Part shown: positions 8,941 to 18,854 of the stretch, in pieces
Layout of the letters: every line of letters begins with the position of its first letter
Position numbering within the stretch: position 1 is the first letter of the stretch
NCBI GenBank assembly: GCA_003138955.1
Contig: PLHP01000200.1
Span: 1 to 58,162 of the forward strand
Direction of reading: 5' to 3'
DNA: 58,162 bases
From: Acidobacteriaceae bacterium
GTDB taxonomy: Bacteria; Acidobacteriota; Terriglobia; Terriglobales; Acidobacteriaceae
Notes under the pieces: generated by a model
Databases searched by the model: none
Seen by the model: only the letters and a program-made list of their open reading frames with translations
What the model was told of the DNA's origin: nothing
Translations under genes and position numbers: made by a program

Positions 8941-10118
8941 AACGCGTCAATTCCGGTCACGCTGGCCCCAATAATCAGCGCGTGGATATCATGCGTGCCC
9001 TCGTAGGTTTTTACGCTTTCGAGGTTCATCAGGTGGCGCATGATGGGATAATCGTCGGCCACGCCGTTTGCCCCGAGGATATCTCGCGATAGCCGGGCGC
9101 ACTCGAGCGCCATCCAGACGTTGTTTCTCTTCGCCATCGAGATGTGCTGGTGCTGCACTTTTCCGGCGTCTTTCAACCGGCCGACTTGCAGCACGAGTAA
9201 CTGCGCCTTCGTGATCTCACTGATCATCCAGGCAAGTTTCTCCTGCACCAGTTGATGCGACGCGATGGGCTGATCACGGAATTGTTTTCGCAACAACGAA
9301 TACTGCAGCGCGCAGTCGTAGCACGCCATCGCCGCCCCGACCGCGCCCCAGGCGATTCCATAGCGCGCCTGGTTCAAGCACATTAGCGGAGATTTCAATC
9401 CGCCCGATCCCGGCAACAGGTTCGACTCCGGGATGCGCACATCCTGCAGCGACAAGCCTGAAGTCACCGAAGCGCGCAGCGACCACTTGCCGTGAATGTC
9501 GTCGGCCTTGAACCCAGGGCGGTCGGTCTCGACCAGAAATCCGCGCACCTTGTCGCCCTCATCTTCGACCTTGGCCCAGATCACCGCGACGTCGGCGATA
9601 CTGCCCGAGGTGATCCACATCTTTTCGCCGTTCAACACATACTCTTTGCCAACTTTTTTCGCGCGCGTTCTCATGCCGCCCGGATTCGATCCGAAGTCGG
9701 GCTCGGTCAATCCGAAGCAGCCGAGCTTTTCGCCTTTCTGCATCGCGGGCAACCAGGTATTTTTCTGCTCGTCGCTGCCGAAGGTGTAAATCGGATACAT
9801 CACCAGCGCCGACTGCACGCTGACGAACGAGCGCACGCCGGAATCGCCGCGTTCCAGTTCCTGCGTGACCAGTCCGTATTCGACGTTCGACATGCCGGCG
9901 CAGCCGTAGCCGTTGAGCGAGGCGCCGAAGAATCCGAGATCGGCCATCGGCTTTACCAGTTCGCGCGGGAAGCGGCCGGCTCGATTGCATTCCTCAATGA
10001 TCGGCACGAGATTGTCTTCGATAAACTTGCGCGCCGTGTCGCGCACCAGGCGCTCGTCGTCATCCAGCAACGTGTCGAAGTCGATGAAGTCCACACCACG
10101 AAATTTGATGGCCGGCAT
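8937..10118 (-). CDS. gcdH: Glutaryl-CoA dehydrogenase
   Basis: 393 aa, alignable nearly end to end with human and bacterial GCDH as recalled (GYGCAG.S.V.YGL...ELERVDSG.RS, LGCFGLTEP..GS.P, NTYEGTHDIHALI.G...TGI.AF). Confidence 0.9.
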   Translation of the reverse strand: MPAIKFRGVDFIDFDTLLDDDERLVRDTARKFIEDNLVPIIEECNRAGRFPRELVKPMADLGFFGASLNGYGCAGMSNVEYGLVTQELERGDSGVRSFVSVQSALVMYPIYTFGSDEQKNTWLPAMQKGEKLGCFGLTEPDFGSNPGGMRTRAKKVGKEYVLNGEKMWITSGSIADVAVIWAKVEDEGDKVRGFLVETDRPGFKADDIHGKWSLRASVTSGLSLQDVRIPESNLLPGSGGLKSPLMCLNQARYGIAWGAVGAAMACYDCALQYSLLRKQFRDQPIASHQLVQEKLAWMISEITKAQLLVLQVGRLKDAGKVQHQHISMAKRNNVWMALECARLSRDILGANGVADDYPIMRHLMNLESVKTYEGTHDIHALIIGASVTGIDAF

Positions 10119-10310
10119 TACGTCTCACCCCACAAAGTCAGCAGGTAAAAGAACTGGAAGACAGGTTTCTGGCGCTCTATTCCTCCGCAGCCCTGTTGTG
10201 TAACGTTTCCCGCGCAAGGTCACTTCTGCGACCGACGAGCAACGGGTTACAAGCCGGCGCTTGTGCCCTGAGAGGCTCAGCGCCGGATCCACAGATGCTC
10301 AGCAGGCCGC

Positions 10311-10760
10311 CTACTTCGCTTGCAGCGATTCGATGTATTTGGTGAGGTTTACCACGCGTTGCTGCACCTCAGTCTCGTGCCCACCACTCACGCTCCAAAA
10401 CAACGCTCCCCACACCGGCATCTCCCTGGATCCGTGCGCGGGAACCGCGGATTCGTTGCGGATGGAGGAAGAGACTTTCATCGAGGGAAATTTCCCTCCG
10501 TTGTTCTTGCTCAGCAGGGTCAGGTCGGTGGGAGGAATCTTCAGCGCACTGGTCGCAGGACCTCCGCCTTTGCCGTCCGTTCCATGGCAAGCGGCACAGT
10601 ATGCCGTGTACATCTCTTTGCCGGATACAGGCGACGTGGACTGGATAGGGACATGCTTTATGGTTTTCTCTGTTTGGCCCTGTGTTTGGTCCTGCGCAGC
10701 GACAGTGCAGGTGAATACGAACAGAGCAGTAAACATCAAAATTAGTTGCTTAATGGACAT
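10311..10760 (-). CDS. Class I c-type cytochrome, secreted
   Basis: 149 aa with an N-terminal signal peptide (MSIKQLILMFTALFVFTCTVAAQ) and a single CAACHG heme-binding motif. Confidence 0.85.
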   Translation of the reverse strand: MSIKQLILMFTALFVFTCTVAAQDQTQGQTEKTIKHVPIQSTSPVSGKEMYTAYCAACHGTDGKGGGPATSALKIPPTDLTLLSKNNGGKFPSMKVSSSIRNESAVPAHGSREMPVWGALFWSVSGGHETEVQQRVVNLTKYIESLQAK

Positions 10761-11013
10761 CGCATTTTCTCCTTAATAATGAGCTGGAATTTCTTTCTTA
10801 GTCTCGAAAATGGCACCATACTACACCCGTCCGGCTTGTTCGCGGCACTGTGAAACGATTTTCACCAGGAGCACTCCCGACGGTCTGCTATTGACACAGC
10901 ACAGCCCAAAATTATCCCATTTGTGGTCTACCTTTGTGACACCCATCCTTACACCAACCCGCTGCTGACTCTACCAGCGTCACTGTCCCATTTTCGCTGA
11001 CGCGGAACGCACA

Positions 11014-11739
11014 CTACCGCGTAACCAGCCCGGTTTTGTACGCGCCGTCGGGCAGCCCAGTGATCCGTATTCCGCCGTGCCCCTTGTGCCGGATGTTGAG
11101 CCCGATCAGCAGCGCGGTGATTTGCTCGACAATGCGCGCGTTCTCAAGCTTCCCGCCATCAATCGCTCGCACGCGCGCGATCTTCGCCGCGAGTTCCATA
11201 GCAACCTGCGTGGCATTGGGATCATCGCTGCATACGACGACGTCGCAATCCACGTCATCGTCTGTGTTGAGCACGTCCGCCGAAACGTTCTGGAATGCCG
11301 CCGCGACGGAAACGCCCTTAGGAACAAGTTCCGCCGTCTGTTGCGCCGCCGAACCTTGCCACACGCCGATGGTGCGGCTGGCGCGTCCGCCCACGCTCGC
11401 AGCCAGCGGAACGGTGGCATCAATCAGAATGCTGCCCGGACGAATCGCAGGCTTCAGTTGCTTCAGCAGCGCCGCCTGCCCTTCGAAGGGAACGGTGAGC
11501 ACCAGCAGATCGCTGGCGACGCAGGCGGCCGAATTTTCCAGCCCGGAAACCTGACTGTTTGCGCCCGCCCGCTTACGGATTGCTTCTGCCGTCTGCTGTG
11601 CCCGCGCGGCATCACGCGAGCCGATGATGACGGTCTCTCCCGCGCGCGCCCAACGCAGCGCGAGGCCCGTACCAGCCGGGCCGGTACCGCCGATGACGGC
11701 GATGGCCCGGCTCAGGCGGGAGTTCATGTGATCTTTCAT
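11014..11739 (-). CDS. fno: NADPH-dependent F420 reductase (Fno/NpdG family)
   Basis: IAVIGGTGPAGTGLALRWARAGETVIIGSRD matches the NpdG/Fno Rossmann signature. The start codon overlaps the cofH stop (ATGA). Confidence 0.75.
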   Translation of the reverse strand: MKDHMNSRLSRAIAVIGGTGPAGTGLALRWARAGETVIIGSRDAARAQQTAEAIRKRAGANSQVSGLENSAACVASDLLVLTVPFEGQAALLKQLKPAIRPGSILIDATVPLAASVGGRASRTIGVWQGSAAQQTAELVPKGVSVAAAFQNVSADVLNTDDDVDCDVVVCSDDPNATQVAMELAAKIARVRAIDGGKLENARIVEQITALLIGLNIRHKGHGGIRITGLPDGAYKTGLVTR

Positions 11740-12989
11740 GCGAACTCCGCAACCAGCGCGGGCTCGAAGGAGGCCTCCGAAGAAAGCGCCTCGACGGGCA
11801 GCTTGATTTTCATGCGCGAATATTTTGTGTTGCGCTCCGCCGGAATGCGCCCGATCCCGAGAATCAACGCCTGAAAATCTTCCGGACTGGTGTACTGGCC
11901 CGCGGTTGCTCCGGCCTCACGCGAGATGTTTTCTTCCATCAGCGTTCCACCGTAGTCGTTGGCGCCGGCGTGCAGGCAAAGCTGCGAAAGTTTACGGTTC
12001 AGCTTCACCCACGAGACCTGGATGTTATGAATCGAGCCGGCGAGCAGTATTCTGGCGAGCGCGTGAATTTTGAGATGTTCGGCGAGCGTTGGCCCAGTGC
12101 GCGCCAGTCCCTGCTGGAACAAAAGCGTGTTCTGGTGCACAAAGCCAAGCGGCACGAACTCGGTGAAGCCGCCGGTTTCAGCCTGAATCTGCCGGAACAA
12201 GGACAATTGCCTTACCCAGTGACCGGGTGTTTCCCTGTGCCCGTACATCAGCGTCGAAGTGCTCGGGATGCCACAAGCGTGCGCGGTGCGGATCACCTCT
12301 TGCCATTGCGCCGACGAAAGTTTGTTGCGCGACAGTACATTACGCACTTCGTCATCCAGAATCTCGGCCGCCGTGCCCGGCAGCGTGTCCAATCCGTTAT
12401 CGCGCAGCATCATGAGATAGTCGCGCAGGGTCATGCCGGTCAGTTCCACGCCGTACACAATCTCCATCGGAGAAAAGGCGTGGATGTGCATGCCCGGCAC
12501 GGCATTCTTCACGGCGCGCAGAATGTCGCGATAATAAAACGGCGGCAGATCGCGCGGCAGGCCGCCCTGAATGCAGACTTCGGTAGCGCCCAGTTCCCAC
12601 GCTTCTTTACTTTTGCGCCCCATTTCTTCGAGCGAATGAAAGTAGGAGTCGGCTTCTCGCGGCCCGCGGCTGAACGCGCAAAACTTGCAACCCACGAAAC
12701 AGATGTTCGTGAAATTGATATTGCGGTTGACCACGTAGCTGACGATGTTGCCAACCAGTTCGCGCCGAAGGATATCCGCGGCGACCAGAAGTGCGAGCAA
12801 ATCCGCACCATTACAGTTTGCCCCATCGCAGTTCGCCAGGACGTAGCGCTCCTCGTCCCTCAGGCATGCTCCGTCTTGTGTTTCCAGCACACGCTCCAAG
12901 GCGGCGCGAATCGGCGGGGAAGCTTGTGGTGCGATCTCGTCCCAGGTCAGTGCGGGGAATTGCTCGAGTTCTGAAGCCTGCCAAGCCAT
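11736..12989 (-). CDS. cofH: FO synthase subunit CofH-like radical SAM enzyme
   Basis: SYVVNRNINFTNICFVGCKFCAF contains the CxxxCxxC cluster motif, and the C-terminal ANDYGGTLMEENISREAG is also present. ATG at 12989 has a GGAG RBS. The 571-aa ORF extension would overlap cofE and is rejected. MqnC/MqnE are related, so the CofH call relies on the cofC/cofE/fno context. Confidence 0.7.
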   Translation of the reverse strand: MAWQASELEQFPALTWDEIAPQASPPIRAALERVLETQDGACLRDEERYVLANCDGANCNGADLLALLVAADILRRELVGNIVSYVVNRNINFTNICFVGCKFCAFSRGPREADSYFHSLEEMGRKSKEAWELGATEVCIQGGLPRDLPPFYYRDILRAVKNAVPGMHIHAFSPMEIVYGVELTGMTLRDYLMMLRDNGLDTLPGTAAEILDDEVRNVLSRNKLSSAQWQEVIRTAHACGIPSTSTLMYGHRETPGHWVRQLSLFRQIQAETGGFTEFVPLGFVHQNTLLFQQGLARTGPTLAEHLKIHALARILLAGSIHNIQVSWVKLNRKLSQLCLHAGANDYGGTLMEENISREAGATAGQYTSPEDFQALILGIGRIPAERNTKYSRMKIKLPVEALSSEASFEPALVAEFA

Positions 12990-13012
12990 AACATTCTCCA
13001 ATCGAAAAGCTC

Positions 13013-13831
13013 CTAGCGAAAAAGATCGTTCCGTGCGGGCCGGATCAATTCCCGCGCCCCACCGCTTCCAATGCGAGTTTCGCGGTAGTAAGAGTAGCCG
13101 CGAATGATGCACGCGGGCGTGCCCGCCAGCTTGCCGCAGACCAACCCTGCCGCGCAAGCCAGTTCGTCGGCCACCGCGTCCACCGTCGCATGCAGCGAGT
13201 ATCCGTGCGGATCGCGGCGTCCGCGGTAGTCGAGCAGAGGCCGCATCCCGGCGACGCCAATCGCCACTTCCGTCAAGCCTTCCCGCCATGGACGCCCGAA
13301 ACTGTCGCTGACGATAACCGCGATCTCGATCCCAAGCTGCTTCTTCAACTCCCGCCGCAACTTCGACGCGGAACGATCCGGATTCACCGGCAGCAACGCC
13401 GCGTGCCGCCCACCATCCACGTTCGAAACATCCACGCCGCTGTTCGCGCAAACGAAGCCATGCTTCGTCTCGGTGATCAGCACACCGCGCTTTCGCCGCA
13501 CGATTCGACGACTCTCACGCAGCGCCAATTCACAGACGCGCGCATCGAGCCCGTAGCGCCGAGCCCAAGCCCGCGAAGCCGCCGAGGGCCGGATCTCATC
13601 GAGCGCGACCAGCGCGCCTTCCGCCTTCGACACAACTTTATGCTTCACCACCAGGATGTCGCCATCCCGAAAGCGCAGCCCCAGGCTGCGCGCCGCCGCC
13701 AACAACCGTGCGCACAGCGATTCTCCGGCGCGGATTTCTCCACTGACGGCGACCGGAAGAATGCGAATTTCCCCAGCCGCACGCTTACCCGCGTGCCTAG
13801 CGACCCCGGACCCCATGCTAGATCCGGCCAT
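13013..13831 (-). CDS. cofE: Coenzyme F420-0:L-glutamate ligase (CofE, short form without an FbiB nitroreductase domain)
   Basis: DGDILVV.HKVVSKAEG, ITETKHGFVCANSGVD.SN and SDSFGRPWREG match CofE motifs. The ATG at 13831 lies 1 nt after the cofC stop. The upstream 94 codons of the listed ORF overlap cofC and are rejected. Confidence 0.85.
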   Translation of the reverse strand: MAGSSMGSGVARHAGKRAAGEIRILPVAVSGEIRAGESLCARLLAAARSLGLRFRDGDILVVKHKVVSKAEGALVALDEIRPSAASRAWARRYGLDARVCELALRESRRIVRRKRGVLITETKHGFVCANSGVDVSNVDGGRHAALLPVNPDRSASKLRRELKKQLGIEIAVIVSDSFGRPWREGLTEVAIGVAGMRPLLDYRGRRDPHGYSLHATVDAVADELACAAGLVCGKLAGTPACIIRGYSYYRETRIGSGGARELIRPARNDLFR

Positions 13832-13832
13832 G

Positions 13833-14474
13833 TCAGGCCTGAATCCGCCCGCCGAGGTTCCAGCTCCGCACCAGCTTCTGCGATCGCCGCTCTCCGCTGG
13901 CAGCCGCCAGTTCGCGGAGATCTTCGGGACGATCGACATCCCGCGCGATGCCCGGCAGTTCGAGTACAACACAAGGCAGGCCCGTTGCCTTCGCCGCGGC
14001 CAGGTGCGGCAGGAAGCTATCGTTGCCGAAGCGAAGCGGAAACAAATCACCCGGAGCTCGCCAGGCTGCATTCGTGCCGCGCCCCGCCGCGTCCGGCACC
14101 AGCACCGCGCCACCGGAAGGTGCGCTGTCCACGATCTTCTGCAGTTCCGACTTGTCGATCAAAGGAATATCTGCCGGAACCACCAGGGTGCTGTCTGCTC
14201 CACGCTTTCTGCACACCGCCGTGGCCATCTCGATGGCGCTGGTCTCTCCGGAGTTGTCGTCCGCAACGACCTCAAAATTGAAACGCGCCGCCAAGTCGCG
14301 CGCAAACGAATCATTGGTGACCACCGCAACAGCGGGCCGGCTTTGCCAGTGCGCCAGCGCTTGCAGCACGTCCTCGCACATCGCTTGCGCCAGCGCAAAA
14401 CGTTGTTGCGGACTCAGAATAGGAGAGAGCCGCTGCTTGGCGTCGACGAGGTTTTTTACGGGAACCAGAATCAT
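13833..14474 (-). CDS. cofC: 2-phospho-L-lactate / phosphoenolpyruvate guanylyltransferase (CofC/FbiD)
   Basis: 213 aa. MILVPVK.L..AK.RL, ..DLP and the GTN....P..F...FG..SF..H layout are typical of CofC. Confidence 0.8.
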   Translation of the reverse strand: MILVPVKNLVDAKQRLSPILSPQQRFALAQAMCEDVLQALAHWQSRPAVAVVTNDSFARDLAARFNFEVVADDNSGETSAIEMATAVCRKRGADSTLVVPADIPLIDKSELQKIVDSAPSGGAVLVPDAAGRGTNAAWRAPGDLFPLRFGNDSFLPHLAAAKATGLPCVVLELPGIARDVDRPEDLRELAAASGERRSQKLVRSWNLGGRIQA

Positions 14475-14653
14475 GGCCCCTCCACCGCAGCCTGAGCCGG
14501 CGGAGTTTGCATCGCCGCCTGCAGGACGCTCTTTGCCAAGGCGATTCTATCTTCATTACTATTCTTGCGCATATGGTCGGAGTGCAATGCACGCCGCGCC
14601 CAAGAAACAGACCGTACGGTCCACTTCCGATCCTGCAACATACCTCAAAGTGG

Positions 14654-14696
14654 TGAACATTTCAACAAAACATTTCAACACTTGACAACGTGAACA
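14654..14696. promoter_or_regulatory. Repeat-rich divergent promoter/operator region between cofC and gntR
   Basis: The 11-nt direct repeat acatttcaaca occurs at 14657-14667 and 14670-14680. The heptamer gtgaaca occurs at 14654-14660 and 14690-14696. A TTGACA -35-like hexamer sits at 14682-14687, with gagaat 17 nt downstream. Confidence 0.4.
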
Positions 14697-14742
14697 ATTA
14701 GGAGGAGAATTCCGCCCGTCAGCCGGACGACAATTTCTCCGC

Positions 14743-15426
14743 ATGGATAGGACTCAGATCAACCGTGAAAGTGTAGCGGATCAGGTGGCCACCCTTCTCC
14801 GCCAGCGCATTCTCGAGGGCGAGTTCCGGCCCGGCACCCAGCTTCAAGAATTGCCCTTGGCTTCGTCCCTGGGCGTTTCCCGCAACACCATGCGGGAGGC
14901 GATCCGGATCTTGTCACTCGAAGGTCTGTTGCGACGCAGCCTACATCGGGGCGCTGCGGTCTCGCAACTCTCATTGCGCGATGTGCAGGAGATCTACCAG
15001 TTGCGCCGGATGCTGGAGTTGCCCGCGGTGCTCGCGGCACGCCGTCCAGACCCAGGTTTGTTGCAGGAAATTTGCAGCGCGGTAGAAGAATACGAACTAG
15101 CCGCGCACGACCGGAACTGGTCCCGCGCTGTCAGCCACGACCTTCATTTTCACAGCCTGCTGATCCGCTTCCACGGCAACAAGCGGCTGGATTCGTTTTA
15201 CAAGAACATGCTTGGCGAACTGCGTGTCGGCATGGTGTTGGTGGACCGGAGCCATGACAATCCCGGCGTACTGATTCCTGTCCACCTGGAGATGTGTCAA
15301 TTGCTCACTAGGGGAAAGCTTAAGCAGTGTGCCGCTGTACTGGAGCAGCATCTCGAGGACTCCGAATCGAGGCTGACTCAGATCCTGCTCGCGCATGCGG
15401 CACGAGGGGTGGGGACGGCTCAGTAG
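14743..15426 (+). CDS. GntR-family transcriptional regulator (FadR/FCD-type C-terminal domain)
   Basis: An N-terminal winged-HTH (LRQRILEGEFRPGTQL.E..LA..LGVSR.T.REA...L..EGLL) is followed by a helical FCD-like domain. Confidence 0.85.
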   Translation: MDRTQINRESVADQVATLLRQRILEGEFRPGTQLQELPLASSLGVSRNTMREAIRILSLEGLLRRSLHRGAAVSQLSLRDVQEIYQLRRMLELPAVLAARRPDPGLLQEICSAVEEYELAAHDRNWSRAVSHDLHFHSLLIRFHGNKRLDSFYKNMLGELRVGMVLVDRSHDNPGVLIPVHLEMCQLLTRGKLKQCAAVLEQHLEDSESRLTQILLAHAARGVGTAQ

Positions 15427-15467
15427 CTGCCTGAGAAATAACAACAAATTTGCGAGGGGGGAATTCG

Positions 15468-18400
15468 ATGGTCGTTCAATACGTTGTGGAATCCGATGCC
15501 GGAACGCCCGGCTCCGTTCAGTCCTCGTTGTTCCATCGCCGTCGCTTGGGAGCGGTCATCAGCCTTCTGCTGTTTTTGACCGTGTCGAGTTGGCTGGGAG
15601 GCCAAGCCATTAACAGCACGCTCCAGGGACGGGTCGCCGACACCACCGGCGCGGTGATTCCAGAAGCGACGGTTACCGTGCTGAATGCGGCCACCGGTTT
15701 GAAGCGCTCGGTCACGGCCAATGCGGTGGGCGAGTATCAGATCGGCGGGCTTCCGGCTGGCGATTACACCGTCGATGTCGAAAAACAGGGTTTCCAAAAA
15801 TCCGCCAAGAAGATTCACCTGGATCTGGGCGCGTCAGGCACCGTGGATTTCGCGCTGGCTCCGGGCCAGGTGCAAACCCAGGTCGAGGTGCAGGACGTTG
15901 GCGAAGTTGCTGAGCCCACTCGAAGCATGGTGAGCGAGGTCATTAATCAGCGACAAATCGAGGACCTTCCGGTTAACGGAAGGGAGTTCATTGATTTCGC
16001 GTTGCTCGCGCCCGGCGTCACCATCGGAAACACCACCTCCGGCAGCACCGACGTCATCGTGGAACCGGTCACCAAGCTCTCCTTCGCCGGCCAGAATATT
16101 CACTACAATTTCATCGCCGTCGACGGCGCCGATGACATCTCGACCGCCTCGGGCATTCAGCGTGGCACGCCGCCACAAGAGTCGGTGCAGGAGTTTCGCG
16201 TCATCAACACCGACTACACCACGGAATTTGGACGAGCCACCGCCGGCATCGTAAACATCATCACCAAGAGCGGCACCAATGACATGCACGGTTCGGCTTA
16301 TGACTATCTGCAGAATAACGCAATGGACGCCACCAGCATTCTCGCGGCGCCCCACTTCAATGTGCTGCGGCAAAATCAGTTTGGCGGCGCCATCGGCGGA
16401 CCTGTCAAAAAAGACAAGACATTCATTTTTGCCAATTACGAAGGGCAGAGACGCACCGAATCGCCCACCTACAATTCGGTGGTGCTGAACAACCTTTCGG
16501 CGATTAACAACGTCAAGACGACGGTATTCGGCCTGGCGCCCGAAAACCTGTTTGTACTGCGCAACGGAAACACGGACAACGGTCTGGTTAGGCTGGATCA
16601 GAATTTCGGCCGCAGTAACCTTTTTGTCCGTTATTTCATCAATGACGACCGCTTGAGCAACCAGTCGCCTCTGAACAATGGCTTCGACCTGCCGTCGGCA
16701 TTCAAGAACAACTACATCACGGACCAGTCGCTCGCCGGCGGTTTGACGACGGTGTTTTCCTCATCGTGGGTGAACGACCTGCGTATGCAGTATGCGCACC
16801 GCACCTTCGACTTCCCGGTTGTTTCCACCCAGCCGCACCTGGAAGTCGCCAATACGTTTGCCGTCGGTGTCAACCGGGGCAACCCGGATATTTACCGCGA
16901 GTCGCGCTTCGAGTTGGTCGACAACATGACGCATAACCTGTCGAACCACACCATCGGCTTCGGCGGCAACTTTGATCGCGTCGGCACTTACGAATCCTTC
17001 CCGCTGTTTTATCCGTTCGAGGCAGACTTTTCGAACCTCCCCGCTTTTCTCGGCACGGATGGCGCAGCAGGATGCACGGCAGGAGTTTCATGCCCCGATC
17101 CGTTCGTGATCTTCTTCCAACGTTTCAGCACTACTACGACCCCGCTCTTCGACGAGACATCTCTGGCGGGAGGAACGGCGGTGTATCACGGAGGTGCGAT
17201 TTCCCAAGCTATCCGTGACCAATCCTCGGACACGCTCGACCACACCTACAGCGGCTTTTACATTCAGGATAAGTGGCGCGCCTCTGCGAACTTGACATTA
17301 AATGGCGGAGTGAGGTGGGAATTTGAGAGGTGGCCTTCCGGAGTTCTCAATACGCAGTGGAAGAACATTGACCCGCGCGTTGGCCTAGCCTACGGACTAG
17401 GAACGTCACGCGACGTCATGTTCCGTGCCGGTTTCGGGCTGTTCCACGGGATCATTCCATCACCCCTGCTCATGTGCCAGGCGCCTTCCTGCGGAGGACA
17501 ATCCGCCTACCCGGGGCGTCCATTTGAAAATGGTCTGAATGCGAACACTGGCCTTTTTAGTTTTGCCAGCTCCCCATTCATTATGAATTACGGCCTCAAC
17601 GCCTTGCTCACGCAAGCCACTTACCCGAACGGAACGCCTTTTGACTGCCCATCCGGTGGCCCTTTGGCCCCCGCAGGCACGCTGGCGGGCTGCGGATTCC
17701 TGCAAGACGCGACCATCGTACGGTTCGATCAAAACAGCCAGAACCCGTATGGCATTCAGACCAGCGCCTCGCTCGAGTTCCAGCCTTTCAAGGACTCGGT
17801 GTTGAGCGTCACCGGAGTTTATCTGCGAGGAGTACACCTCGGCAGCTTTTACAACGTGAATCAGCCTGACCCCAGCGGCACGGTAAAGGTCTATGACTCC
17901 AAGGGGCAGGCGAACTGCAAGAACGTCTATTTCGACTTCGGTGAGTCCGGGGTTGCACCGACCGACTGTACGCCGTACCCTTCGCAATTCGTCATTCCGA
18001 ACGTGCCCCACATCAACGCAATTCCGGGTTTCCGCGATCCGCAATACAGCGTCTTCTTTGAAGCCAAGTCGGGGTGGGATTCCGTTTACACCGGTCTGCT
18101 CATCAACATGAGCAAGCGGATGACACACAATGTTTCGTTTAACATCAGCTACGCCTGGTCGCATTCCATCGATGACGGTCCGAACCCCAGCTTCGTCCTG
18201 ATTCCGCAGGACAGTAACAATGGTAGCTTCGCCGCGGAGCGTGCCAATTCCGCGGACGATGTGCGGAACCGCTTCGTCGGCAATGCCATCTTCTCCAGCC
18301 CCAAGACCTGGAATGCGTACTTGCGCGACTTCAGTTTCAGCACGATCGTGACCCTGCAGTCGCCGCAGTACTTCACCAAATATGCCGGTTTTGACGCCAA

Positions 18401-18749
18401 TGGCGACGTCTTCGGAAATAATGACCGGGTCGGCAGCGACCCGCGCAACACCTTCAAGGGGGATTCACTGCAGACCGTCGACGTTCGCCTGGAGCGCACC
18501 TTCCCACTTTATGAGAGGATGCATCTCCAATTCATGGCGGAAGCCTTCAACTTGCTGAACACGGTTAACGTTCGCTACTTCAACACAAGTTATGGAGCGG
18601 CGGACTTCTGCGGGCCGGATCCGGGTGCACCAGGTTGTGCCGGAGCGCCAGCGTTCTATCGTGAGGGTTCGCCCAATCCAACCTACGGAGCGCCGAGCGC
18701 AGTATTCAACCCGCGCCAGATTCAGCTTGCACTGCGGGTAACGTGGTAG
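15468..18749 (+). CDS. TonB-dependent receptor with an N-terminal carboxypeptidase-regulatory-like domain
   Basis: The ATG at 15468 follows a GAGGGGGG RBS. The protein has a signal peptide, a CarboxypepD_reg-like segment (LQGRVADTTGAVIPEATVTVLN..TG......TNAVGEYQIGGLPAGDYTV) and a plug region (DLPVNGREF). A ~900-aa barrel ends in an aromatic residue (RVTW). Confidence 0.85.
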   Translation: MVVQYVVESDAGTPGSVQSSLFHRRRLGAVISLLLFLTVSSWLGGQAINSTLQGRVADTTGAVIPEATVTVLNAATGLKRSVTANAVGEYQIGGLPAGDYTVDVEKQGFQKSAKKIHLDLGASGTVDFALAPGQVQTQVEVQDVGEVAEPTRSMVSEVINQRQIEDLPVNGREFIDFALLAPGVTIGNTTSGSTDVIVEPVTKLSFAGQNIHYNFIAVDGADDISTASGIQRGTPPQESVQEFRVINTDYTTEFGRATAGIVNIITKSGTNDMHGSAYDYLQNNAMDATSILAAPHFNVLRQNQFGGAIGGPVKKDKTFIFANYEGQRRTESPTYNSVVLNNLSAINNVKTTVFGLAPENLFVLRNGNTDNGLVRLDQNFGRSNLFVRYFINDDRLSNQSPLNNGFDLPSAFKNNYITDQSLAGGLTTVFSSSWVNDLRMQYAHRTFDFPVVSTQPHLEVANTFAVGVNRGNPDIYRESRFELVDNMTHNLSNHTIGFGGNFDRVGTYESFPLFYPFEADFSNLPAFLGTDGAAGCTAGVSCPDPFVIFFQRFSTTTTPLFDETSLAGGTAVYHGGAISQAIRDQSSDTLDHTYSGFYIQDKWRASANLTLNGGVRWEFERWPSGVLNTQWKNIDPRVGLAYGLGTSRDVMFRAGFGLFHGIIPSPLLMCQAPSCGGQSAYPGRPFENGLNANTGLFSFASSPFIMNYGLNALLTQATYPNGTPFDCPSGGPLAPAGTLAGCGFLQDATIVRFDQNSQNPYGIQTSASLEFQPFKDSVLSVTGVYLRGVHLGSFYNVNQPDPSGTVKVYDSKGQANCKNVYFDFGESGVAPTDCTPYPSQFVIPNVPHINAIPGFRDPQYSVFFEAKSGWDSVYTGLLINMSKRMTHNVSFNISYAWSHSIDDGPNPSFVLIPQDSNNGSFAAERANSADDVRNRFVGNAIFSSPKTWNAYLRDFSFSTIVTLQSPQYFTKYAGFDANGDVFGNNDRVGSDPRNTFKGDSLQTVDVRLERTFPLYERMHLQFMAEAFNLLNTVNVRYFNTSYGAADFCGPDPGAPGCAGAPAFYREGSPNPTYGAPSAVFNPRQIQLALRVTW

Positions 18750-18854
18750 CGGGCCATTTTGCCGGACGGGCTGCCTTGGTGGTTCGTCCGGTTCGGGATG
18801 GGAGCCGCCGTATTTCCGCAGCCAGTACCGCAAGATAGAACGAATGAGAGACTA

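Noticed and set aside
11736-13451. The 571-aa extended form of the cofH ORF and the 366-aa extended form of the cofE ORF (13013-14113).
   Set aside because: The N-terminal extensions are Arg/Gly-rich, lack homology-like features and overlap the upstream genes extensively. Internal ATGs at 12989 and 13831 give proteins of canonical length, with an RBS or tight operon spacing.
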